NCBI GenBank assembly: GCA_965197525.1
Contig: OZ240211.1
Coordinates: 1,632,001 to 1,696,000 of the forward strand
DNA length: 64,000 nt
Direction of reading: 5' to 3'
From: Nitrosopumilus sp.
GTDB taxonomy: Archaea > Thermoproteota > Nitrososphaeria > Nitrososphaerales > Nitrosopumilaceae
Under the pieces are notes generated by a model. That model was not told the origin of the DNA and searched no databases. It saw only the letters and a list, made by a program, of their open reading frames with translations. Positions 18,610 to 27,670 of the stretch are shown here, piece after piece; position 1 is the stretch's first letter, and every line of letters begins with the position of its first letter. Position numbers and translations under genes: made by a program.

Positions 18610-18891
18610 TTATTCTTTAACCATTTCTACAACATTACCAATAATTGTAGTTGAAGTTAGTTTATGCTCTTTATCAGTTACTGATTGAATAAAATCAGCA
18701 AATATCTCTACTTCTTGTTCATTTTTCAGTAAAATACTATGAGCTGATTTATCTTTTAAAGAAATAATTAGTTCATTTTTTACTACGTTTAAAATTCCTA
18801 CAACATACGTCTCTTTTCCATCTTTAATGAATGTCAAACTTGCCAATTTTTGAGCTTCATATTTATCATCACATGTGATGCTAACCTTCAT
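18610..18891 (-). CDS. conserved hypothetical protein
   Basis: 93-aa ORF directly downstream of trpS; its stop codon lies inside the TSD. Confidence 0.7.
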   Translation of the reverse strand: MKVSITCDDKYEAQKLASLTFIKDGKETYVVGILNVVKNELIISLKDKSAHSILLKNEQEVEIFADFIQSVTDKEHKLTSTTIIGNVVEMVKE

Positions 18892-18893
18892 TT

Positions 18894-20003
18894 TTATTTA
18901 TTCTCCAAAAGAAACTGTTCTATCTGTTCTTTTGCCTTTTCTCTTCTCTCTTGATGCACTGCAAGAAATTTGTTGATCTTTTCAATTAGGATGGCTTTTA
19001 TCTCACCTGAGAGTAATTTTCCTGACTTGTAGTCGTCATAAATTGTTCTCAATTTATTGTCATCTGGTTCGAAGAATATTCTTAGATACTGATAAGATAC
19101 ATCTATGTCTGGATTCCCACCAAGTTTTCTATGCTGTGTAATATCCTGCTGCCCTCCTGAGAATGCATTATTGATCTTCCTTTTTACCATATTAGGTGTA
19201 TCAGTTGTGTAAATTGTACCTTTTTGATCAGACGCTGACATCTTTCCTCCGGGTCTCTCCAATCCTGGGATCATTATATTGTGAATTAGTGCAGGTTTTT
19301 GCCTTCCAATCTTCGGTGCAATATCTCTTGTTAATCTAAAATGTGGATCTTGATCAACTCCCAATGGAATTAGAACTGGGTTATTCTCAATAAAGCATGG
19401 AGCAGACTGCAGTGATGTATAAAAGATCATTCCTAGATTCGTCTCATTCGTAAACCCAAACGTTGCTTTTGTATTTGAAAAGTTAATCTTCTTTGCCACT
19501 TGAGCTGCAATTGGATAAAGTGTTTGTATATTTTTTGTATCGATAATAATTTTTGTTTTTTCAGGTTTGAAACCTAGTGCAATAAAATCCAACGCATTCT
19601 CATATGCAAATTGTCTTGTATCTTCCAAAGTAAGATCAGGTTTTGAATAAAACTTTTCATCATCTGTTAATTGAAAATACATATTGACATCAAATTTTTC
19701 TTGTAGCCATCTTGCAAATACCCATGGTACTAGATGGCCAATATGTGTATGTCCTGAAGGCCCTCTTCCTGTATATAAAAAGAATTTACTACCTTTCTCG
19801 TATTCATCAATGATTCTATTCAACTCTCTGTGAGAAAAAAATACGCCTCTTTTGAGCATAAAATGGCCTTCTCCTGTAATTTTATTGATTCTTTTTAGTA
19901 GATCTGGCGATATTTTTTCAGTACCAAACCTTTTGATTAGTTTATCATAGTCAATATCGCCCTCAACGTGCCAAGGCGTAACAATAAAATCATCTGACGG
20001 CAT
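18894..20003 (-). CDS. trpS: tryptophanyl-tRNA synthetase
   Basis: YTGRGPSGHTHIGH, GVDQDPHFRLTRD, KMSAS. Confidence 0.97.
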   Translation of the reverse strand: MPSDDFIVTPWHVEGDIDYDKLIKRFGTEKISPDLLKRINKITGEGHFMLKRGVFFSHRELNRIIDEYEKGSKFFLYTGRGPSGHTHIGHLVPWVFARWLQEKFDVNMYFQLTDDEKFYSKPDLTLEDTRQFAYENALDFIALGFKPEKTKIIIDTKNIQTLYPIAAQVAKKINFSNTKATFGFTNETNLGMIFYTSLQSAPCFIENNPVLIPLGVDQDPHFRLTRDIAPKIGRQKPALIHNIMIPGLERPGGKMSASDQKGTIYTTDTPNMVKRKINNAFSGGQQDITQHRKLGGNPDIDVSYQYLRIFFEPDDNKLRTIYDDYKSGKLLSGEIKAILIEKINKFLAVHQERREKAKEQIEQFLLENK

Positions 20004-20048
20004 TTATCTTGACTTGGGTTAAGGTTTAAAAAGTCTTTTTCAGATTCT

Positions 20049-21446
20049 TTGCTATTGCCGCAAGTTTTTCATGAAATTGAAAAAAAAATCATCACCTCCC
20101 TACGAGCAAATCAAGAGCAAACCCCGGATCAATTAGAATCATCTACTGGATTCTCTGCTGATCAAATTAGACGAGGTATTGAATGGCTAAAACTAAAGGA
20201 TTTAGCAGATGTAACTGAGACTACAACAAAGAAATTACGTTTAGGTAAAAACGGTCTTGAATCCTTTCAAAAAGGACTACCTGAAAGAAGGTTATTGCGT
20301 TTACTTGAGAATGGACCAAAAACTTTATCTGATTTACAACGAGAACTAGGTTCTGTATTTGGCCCATCAATTGGATTATCTAGAAAGAATAACTGGATTA
20401 CTACATCCTCTTCCTCCTCTAATCAAGTTTCTCTGACCGACCCTCCTTTGGTTCTTCCGGGCGAGCAAGCCCTTAAACACATTGGAGAAGGTTCTCTGGA
20501 AAAAATTAGTAGCGATGATCTCTCAGTCCTCTTACAAAGACCGGATTTCGTTATTGAGGATATCCTAACGACTAAAAAGATTACCTTGTCTAAAGCGGGA
20601 AAACTAGTACAGCTCTCTGATTCTTCTGGCGAGATTGATGTTGAAGCAAAGGTTCCAGAAATTTTCATTGCAAGAACTCATCCATTAAAAGATATCATTG
20701 ATGAGATTCGTGAAATATTCGTTACATTGGGTTTTTCAGAAGTTTTCGGAAATCTCACTCAATCAAGCTTTTGGAATTTTGATGCTTTGTTTACTCCTCA
20801 AGATCATCCTGCAAGAGAGTTACAAGACACGTTTTATCTAGATGGACTCTATGATAAAAAAATCGCAACTACGCAGCAGATTAAAAATGTCTCTGACTCT
20901 CACAAGTCTCATTGGCATTATTTGTGGGATGTTAACGAAGCTCAAAAAATGGTTTTACGAACTCATACTACCTGTGTTACGATTAAACATCTATCTGAAT
21001 CCAAATCTGATGAAGCACGAATCTTCTCACTAGGACGCGTATTTCGTAATGAAAAGGTTAGCTACAAACATCTTGTAGAGTTTAATCAGATTGAAGGCGT
21101 TGTCATTGGAAAAGATGCATCCTTGCGGAATTTAATGGGTATACAGAGAGAGTTTTACAAACGAATTGGGATCACTAAAATAAAATTTTGGCCTACATTC
21201 TTTCCTTATACTGAACCATCTCTTCAGACAATGGTTTACAACGAATCATTGGGAAAATGGATTGAGCTATTTGGAATGGGTATATTCAGACCTGAGGTAA
21301 CCAAACCTCTTGGTATCACCAAACCTGTTTTAGCTTGGGGTGGAGGCATTGAAAGAATCGCCATGCTCAAATACGGTCTTAATGATGTACGAGAGTTTTA
21401 TAACAATAATCTTGATTGGTTGAGGAGTGCAACAAAATGCCAGTAG
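20049..21446 (+). CDS. pheS: phenylalanyl-tRNA synthetase alpha subunit
   Basis: FWNFDALFTPQDHPARELQDTF, LRTHTT, FPYTEPS, GMGIFRPEV. Confidence 0.97.
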   Translation: MLLPQVFHEIEKKIITSLRANQEQTPDQLESSTGFSADQIRRGIEWLKLKDLADVTETTTKKLRLGKNGLESFQKGLPERRLLRLLENGPKTLSDLQRELGSVFGPSIGLSRKNNWITTSSSSSNQVSLTDPPLVLPGEQALKHIGEGSLEKISSDDLSVLLQRPDFVIEDILTTKKITLSKAGKLVQLSDSSGEIDVEAKVPEIFIARTHPLKDIIDEIREIFVTLGFSEVFGNLTQSSFWNFDALFTPQDHPARELQDTFYLDGLYDKKIATTQQIKNVSDSHKSHWHYLWDVNEAQKMVLRTHTTCVTIKHLSESKSDEARIFSLGRVFRNEKVSYKHLVEFNQIEGVVIGKDASLRNLMGIQREFYKRIGITKIKFWPTFFPYTEPSLQTMVYNESLGKWIELFGMGIFRPEVTKPLGITKPVLAWGGGIERIAMLKYGLNDVREFYNNNLDWLRSATKCQ

Positions 21447-23116
21447 TTACACTATCTTACGATATTCTTTTAGATTTAATCTATGGTCCTAAATCCTCTA
21501 GAGACGTTTCCAATGACGCCAAGCGCAAGCAAGACATTTCTGATACGTTGCCATTTCTTGGATTGGATATTGAATCTGATGACAAGTCTGACAATGTTCG
21601 AATCGAATACAGCCCAAACAGACCTGATTATTCAGTAGAATACGGTGTTGCACTTGGTTTACAAGGACTACTTGGTATTAAAACCGGTTTAGTCAAGTTT
21701 GATATTAAACAATATGACAAATATTCGATATCAGTTAACCCTAACATATCTCCCATCCGTCCTTTTATCACTAGTATAGTTGCAAAGAATGGAATAGTCG
21801 ATGATAGGTTAATTGAACAGTTAATGGCCATGCAAGAAGATCTTCATCTCGGACTTGGACGAAGAAGAAAAAAGTTATCTATTGGAATTCACGACTTGAA
21901 CAAGATCTCTTTCCCTCTAGTCTATGCTGCAACTACCAAAGATCACAAATTCGTACCGCTACACTCTCAAGAAGAACTTACAATCTCTGAAATTCTAACT
22001 GATACAAAAATAGGAATCGAACATGCTTCTATTTTGGGGCAATCACCGCTAGTACCTATAATTCTAGATGCAAATCAAAACACAGTTTCATTTCCTCCAA
22101 TAATTAATGGTACAGTTACAACTGTAACTCCTGCAACGAAAGATCTCTTCGTTGATATAACTGGAATGACTAAAAAAGACATTGAGGATGCATTATCAAT
22201 CATTTCCATTATCTTGCAAACTGCAGGATTTACTTTGGAATCAGTTGAGATATCGGGAGCTGGAAACTCTACTCCAAAATTTGAACAAAGAATGATGACT
22301 GTTGATGTTAAAACTATTAATGAAACTCTCGGACTGAGTCTTGATGCTGAAAAGATTCTCTCTTGTTTGCAAAAATCTCGATTAGATGCGTCATCTCAAG
22401 GGGCCGATATTGTTTGTACAATTCCTGCATACCGGTTTGATATCTTTGGACCCATGGATCTAGTTGAAGAGGTTGCTTTGGGGTATGGGATTAATAATCT
22501 TGAGCCCGTACTACTTCCATCCCAAACTCTTGGTCAAGCAAATCCTGTATCGATACAGCTACGATCTCTTGATAGAATAATGACTGGACTTGGATACTTG
22601 GAGGCTCTGAATTCAAGTCTTACTAGTAAACGAGTTCTCTATGATATGGTTAATTGTGATGATTCCAACCTTGTCTCTGTACTTGATTCAAAGAGCAAAG
22701 AACATACCATACTACGTGATTCATTGTTACCTGGGCTGTTGGAGAATTTGTCAAGAAACATTCACGAACAATACCCTCAAAAAATGTTTGAAACTGGTAC
22801 GGTCTTTATTGTTGATAATGCAATCAATGAAAAAATCCACTTCTCTTGTATCAGTGCTCACAAAGATGCACATTTTACTGAAATCAAATCTGTCTTACAA
22901 TCTGCACTAAATATTGGATTTGGAATTAAAGTTGAAACAAAGACCATGTCGCATTCTATCTTTGAGAAAGGTCATTGTGCTGACATCGTTTTCAATGGCA
23001 GGTCCATTGGTATTATTGGAAAAATTGATTCAAAGATTATCGAAAGCTATAGAATTCGTGTACCTGTTGTAGGTTTTGAAATATCTTTATCTGATTCCGT
23101 CTTGGATAATCTTTGA
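21437..23116 (+). CDS. pheT: phenylalanyl-tRNA synthetase beta subunit
   Basis: EYSPNRPD, SFPPIING, YRFDIFGPMDLVEEVA, LRDSLLPGLL. Confidence 0.96.
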   Translation: MPVVTLSYDILLDLIYGPKSSRDVSNDAKRKQDISDTLPFLGLDIESDDKSDNVRIEYSPNRPDYSVEYGVALGLQGLLGIKTGLVKFDIKQYDKYSISVNPNISPIRPFITSIVAKNGIVDDRLIEQLMAMQEDLHLGLGRRRKKLSIGIHDLNKISFPLVYAATTKDHKFVPLHSQEELTISEILTDTKIGIEHASILGQSPLVPIILDANQNTVSFPPIINGTVTTVTPATKDLFVDITGMTKKDIEDALSIISIILQTAGFTLESVEISGAGNSTPKFEQRMMTVDVKTINETLGLSLDAEKILSCLQKSRLDASSQGADIVCTIPAYRFDIFGPMDLVEEVALGYGINNLEPVLLPSQTLGQANPVSIQLRSLDRIMTGLGYLEALNSSLTSKRVLYDMVNCDDSNLVSVLDSKSKEHTILRDSLLPGLLENLSRNIHEQYPQKMFETGTVFIVDNAINEKIHFSCISAHKDAHFTEIKSVLQSALNIGFGIKVETKTMSHSIFEKGHCADIVFNGRSIGIIGKIDSKIIESYRIRVPVVGFEISLSDSVLDNL

Positions 23117-23777
23117 TCTCTATTCGTATCATAAATATATGTACATATTTATCTATTATTTGTTTTTGACTTGAAATATTATATTAAGAATCTTGACTAA
23201 TATTATATTACATGGATTTTAATAATGCAAGAAAATTTTGTACTAGGTTTGATACTGGTTGTCAATAATATGAGTATTATCATCATCATCAGATGTTCGA
23301 TGAGCAAAAAACTGCTCTGCTGACTGCTAATTTGTAATACAACAACTCGACAAAAATATAACAATCGCGTAAAAACAAAGTCGTAATTTTTTATAAAACA
23401 AGATTAATACTTTTTTTTATTAGTTTATCATCTTTTTGATAATTTCTATCATGTACAGGTATGGTACGTTATAAACAATCTTTGGTATCTTGCCATGATT
23501 TTTTTATATGTGATATGATAGACGATAAATGGTTTTTAGTAGGATAGTTTTACCATTAAATGCCCAAGAGCAAGCATGCAGACGGATTAGGATGATGGTA
23601 ACGATCGTCATGATGTAGATGATTTCTAATTCACCCAGGCATGCTACATTATGGGCAACCCCGATTAGAAAACCCAAGGAGGTTTTGGCTAAAATACCGA
23701 TGAGATTGTGCGAGTCAGAATCGGGGAACATCACTTACTTTAAAAACCATATGCGCTGACTGTAACACAGAGTTAAG

Positions 23778-24197
23778 ATGGTAAACTACTGGCTGGCAAA
23801 ACAGGAACCTAGCGGTCCACGAGGCTATGACTTTGAGCAACTAAAAAAAGACAAAACGACTGTATGGGACGGGGTTCATAACAACTTGGCATTAAAGCAT
23901 ATGAGGGAGATGCAGCCTGGAGATCTGGTCTTCTTTTATCATACAGGTGATCAAAGACAGATAGTAGGAATCATGCAGGTTACCTCTAAACCTTACCCAA
24001 ATCCCAAAGAAGACGTAAAACGATTCATTGTAGTGGATGTAAAATATAAAAAATCCTTAAAACGGTCTGTAACCCTTGATGAAATAAAAAATGATGCTCA
24101 GTTTAGTGATTGGGATCTTGTAAAAATCTCAAGATTATCAGTAATGCCAGTGCCTAAACCTATTTGGAATACGATTTTAACTATATCTCAAAATTAA
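23778..24197 (+). CDS. EVE domain protein
   Basis: YWLAKQEP, WDGVHNNLA, FFYHTG, RLSVMPV. Confidence 0.9.
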   Translation: MVNYWLAKQEPSGPRGYDFEQLKKDKTTVWDGVHNNLALKHMREMQPGDLVFFYHTGDQRQIVGIMQVTSKPYPNPKEDVKRFIVVDVKYKKSLKRSVTLDEIKNDAQFSDWDLVKISRLSVMPVPKPIWNTILTISQN

Positions 24198-24240
24198 TTG
24201 CGATCGCTTTATTGATATAGCCGGTTTATTTAATTGATTT

Positions 24241-24480
24241 ATGGCAACAGCTTATGTTTTAATAAACTGTGAACTGGGTTCTGAGGAAGCTATTATTCAG
24301 CAGCTAAAGGGCTTGGAAGGTGTTAAAGAAGTTCATGGAACTTTTGGTGCATACGATATTTTGGCCAAGATCGAATCTGATACCGTTGAAAAACTTAGAG
24401 AAACAATTACTTGGAAGATTAGAAAAATCGAAAAGATTCGTTCAACTCTAACCTTGATGGGTATTGAAGGCCAAACATAA
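24241..24480 (+). CDS. Lrp/AsnC ligand-binding domain protein
   Basis: AYVLINCELG, GAYDILAKIE, IRSTLTL. Confidence 0.9.
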   Translation: MATAYVLINCELGSEEAIIQQLKGLEGVKEVHGTFGAYDILAKIESDTVEKLRETITWKIRKIEKIRSTLTLMGIEGQT

Positions 24481-24495
24481 CCTTTTTTTCTTATT

Positions 24496-25062
24496 ATGAT
24501 CCTACACTTTATTTTTGTTGTAAAGCAAGAAGATCGTCTGAGGCGAAAATTTGAGTTCGAGTATGTCAAAAAAATGAGCCAATTTTTTAAAAGTTGGATT
24601 AAAGACAAGTTTGACTTGGATTACGAAATTAAATGTGATGAAATGATCACAACTCCGAGGAGTATTTTACAACGTCTTGATACTTATACCTTATTACGTG
24701 ATCATCAACAAAGAGGCAAGGACATTTATCATTTCTATCTTACACATTTCAGACCTTGGTGGACTGATTGTACTTGTGAGGGGTACCATGCTGAAAACTT
24801 TGGAATGATACTGTGGCAAGCTCCAAAGGGATCTGATGATACCTTGTTTCTTGCAGAAAAAAATTGCACTACCGTATCTCACGAACTACTTCACGAGTTA
24901 TTAAGAATTACCGGCCACAAAAAATTTATCCAAACAGTTCATGATGTATGGACTAGACATCTATTTGAACAACTAGAGTTTGAACAGTACGGTGTCGATT
25001 TTAAAAAGACGGATGACAAACCTCTGTTTTTAACAATGAATACCGAACAGTTGCATATGTAA
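24496..25062 (+). CDS. conserved protein with HExxH zinc-metallopeptidase-like motif
   Basis: VSHELLHELLR. Confidence 0.65.
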   Translation: MILHFIFVVKQEDRLRRKFEFEYVKKMSQFFKSWIKDKFDLDYEIKCDEMITTPRSILQRLDTYTLLRDHQQRGKDIYHFYLTHFRPWWTDCTCEGYHAENFGMILWQAPKGSDDTLFLAEKNCTTVSHELLHELLRITGHKKFIQTVHDVWTRHLFEQLEFEQYGVDFKKTDDKPLFLTMNTEQLHM

Positions 25063-25068
25063 TAATTT

Positions 25069-25701
25069 TTAACACTTTGTTACTGAATAGATATTGTTCT
25101 CAAAGTTCACTGTTTTGAAATCTAATCTGTTCTCAGGATCGTCAGGTCTTGACTTACTTAGTCTCTCTAATTCTACTAATGCATCTCCTCTGAATCCTAC
25201 CGAAGAACCATAAATTCCATCAGTTAGCATTGTTCCATGATCTCCTCTTTTAATATCATCAACCAAATCATAAAATCTAGCTAATTCTTTTTTATTTACA
25301 GGGTTTCCGGTTGCTTTGTTGTATGCAATTGCAGTATACATCCCGTTGTTTTTTATTGCTATTGGAATTTTATGGTTTTTATCTGAGATTCCTGGAACTA
25401 GATCATTAATTATAACCTCGCATTTGTGGTACATACTTGAAACATATGCAAAGAATCGATACTGGGCGTATTTGCCGGCAGCATCTTCTTCACAGTTGAC
25501 GAAGATCTTGTGTAATAGTTCCAAAGCATCGTCGTTCATACTTTGTAGTCTGTCATCAATTCTGCCTCTTTCAAGTAATTCTGATTTGCACTCTTTGGCA
25601 ACTAAAACAAGGATGAAATCTGGTAAATTATAATTTTTAAGTGCTGCTACAAATGCCCCTGCTTGTGACATGCCAAATTTTGGAAATCCTTTATTGACCA
25701 T
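25069..25701 (-). CDS. conserved thaumarchaeal hypothetical protein
   Basis: 210-aa ORF, normal codon usage. Confidence 0.7.
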   Translation of the reverse strand: MVNKGFPKFGMSQAGAFVAALKNYNLPDFILVLVAKECKSELLERGRIDDRLQSMNDDALELLHKIFVNCEEDAAGKYAQYRFFAYVSSMYHKCEVIINDLVPGISDKNHKIPIAIKNNGMYTAIAYNKATGNPVNKKELARFYDLVDDIKRGDHGTMLTDGIYGSSVGFRGDALVELERLSKSRPDDPENRLDFKTVNFENNIYSVTKC

Positions 25702-26775
25702 GATGGCTATCTCCTAATTTTGATAAATTATAATTCTTTGGCATTGCCTTTGAAATAGTGTATTGATCTTATAATTGTTGAGAATTTTTATAAATTATTT
25801 ACAAAGACATCTGTCATCGATACATATTGTATTGTTGGGACTCAAGCCAACTATGTTCAATCATGAAATTACGTTCTCTTTCTTCTCCTTTGGAATCATA
25901 CCTAGTCATAATCAGGCATTAAGTGTATATAGTATCTCGTAAACAGAATTTACTTTTCAAGAGCATCTTAACGACAGTGTAGTGTAAAATAATTAAAATG
26001 GTAGTTTTTTGAATACCTGTGATTAAAAATGGTGCCACTAGTTAACATATGCCATTATTACAATCATCTTGTTTGCAACATGATTTAATACAATAGTATG
26101 ATTACTTTCATGTCTTTGTTTGATTCACTTGTAAATGGTTTTCATCATGTTATTATGATGTATAGCAATATTGACTATCTGAATTATGTTACAATCCGTT
26201 CTTCTGTCTGAATCTTTTTTCATTCTTTCATTGGTGCAACAAATACAAAAGGCACCGAAAATGCGGTCGAATAGTTTGCATATGGTAAGGGAATGGTAAG
26301 AGAGATGCAATTTCAAACCATTTCATAAACTCTAGAAATGATTGCAGAGTTTACTTTGGTCATAAAAAACAAGATGCAATAAAATCTTTACAATTCCCAC
26401 AAATTTAAACAAACAATGTTCAAGCGTTTGACTAGAACTGTTGTTACCGTTGAGTGGTATAGACTGTATTCAGGAATTATGAGACCAAGCGATCACTAAT
26501 CACTAGTAAAAAAGAATCAGTACGCGTATTGTTATTATTTTTTCTACTATTTCTGGACAATATATGTACACTTGTATTGTTTTTGTATGAAGAGATAAAG
26601 TCTATCAATCCTAATATATGCATTATTGGTAGAGTGTCTTATCTTGTTAGTTTACGAATCTGGTACTCGGACAATATTTTGACTGTGATCTTCGTTTTAT
26701 ACAAAACATTTTCTTTGTTTCATGTGTCTAAAATAACACCCAACAGTTCCCTAACTACACACCAAGTGACAAGTT

Positions 26776-27099
26776 TTAACAAGCAGGAATTGATTCTCGT
26801 ATCGCTTTCTTCATAGATTGCTTCCCAAGCTCGTTATCTAGATCTTTGAACTTTTGGATAAGTGTGGAATCTGGATTTAATGCATACAGTTGTGCCTTAC
26901 CATACTTTCTTGTAGTTTTTAGATATTCAAATTCTAAAATTCCATCCCAGACTTTGTAAAATGTAGTTTTAGAAATACCTGTGTACTCTATAATCTCTTT
27001 TTTAGAATAGTCACTCTCTTTATTATCCAGAAAAAAGTCTATTATTCTGAGTTTAGGAGTGTCTCCCATATACTGTATGAGTAGTGATTGGTCTTTCAT
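26776..27099 (-). CDS. winged-helix HTH protein
   Basis: LRIIDFFL...YSKKEIIEYTGISKTTFYKVW...GKAQLYALN. Confidence 0.75.
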   Translation of the reverse strand: MKDQSLLIQYMGDTPKLRIIDFFLDNKESDYSKKEIIEYTGISKTTFYKVWDGILEFEYLKTTRKYGKAQLYALNPDSTLIQKFKDLDNELGKQSMKKAIRESIPAC

Positions 27100-27113
27100 A
27101 GCAATACTATGAT

Positions 27114-27129
27114 TTTAAATATATTTAAA
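27114..27129. promoter_or_regulatory. 16-bp perfect palindrome in divergent promoter
   Basis: TTTAAATATATTTAAA. Confidence 0.6.
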
Positions 27130-27161
27130 TGTGAACCAACAAAGGTACTATAAGTGAACAC

Positions 27162-27431
27162 ATGCTAACAGATGATGAAATTAAAGGTAGAATCATACGA
27201 AAACTCTTCAGACGTGGAAATTGGGGTGCTAGTCACGCCTCGTTTGAGAATCTCAAGAAAGGATTCACACAAAGAGATACTGGAAAACAGGGTTCCAAAA
27301 AAGTAGACAAAATGGGAGAATCTCTGATCAAAGAGAATTTAATTTTATCAAAACCCACAGGATATGGATTAGAAATCAGTTTGAATCCAAAAATGATTGA
27401 CAGGATTCAAGAATATTTGGATGATCAATGA
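27162..27431 (+). CDS. small basic hypothetical protein (wHTH-like or toxin-like)
   Basis: 89 aa, GNWGASHASFENLKKG; divergent from HTH gene. Confidence 0.6.
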   Translation: MLTDDEIKGRIIRKLFRRGNWGASHASFENLKKGFTQRDTGKQGSKKVDKMGESLIKENLILSKPTGYGLEISLNPKMIDRIQEYLDDQ

Positions 27432-27670
27432 TTTGCTTGATAAAAAAACTAGCCAATAAGGTTCTGTGTCAAGTTAGCGGGTGTTGGAAGCGGTATCTTT
27501 CTGTGGCATCAAGGTATAGTCGAATTTACCATCATTATTATTTGTGTCAAATCCATGACTGCCTAGACGGTAACATTTGGCGTATCAAAAGATAGACATT
27601 CAAGCATTAACTTGAATGCGTACCATGTCATTTTTTAAATATTTAATTTACGGTAAATCTGTTGCATATC

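Noticed and set aside
17030-18620. tnpA (Y1 or serine transposase) or IS605 left-end hairpin beside tnpB
   Set aside because: None found; only ~60 bp of AT-rich promoter lies between the ATG and the TIR.
23504-23734. 76-aa hydrophobic minus-strand ORF
   Set aside because: No recognisable family or clear start; it may be a gene remnant but is not supportable.
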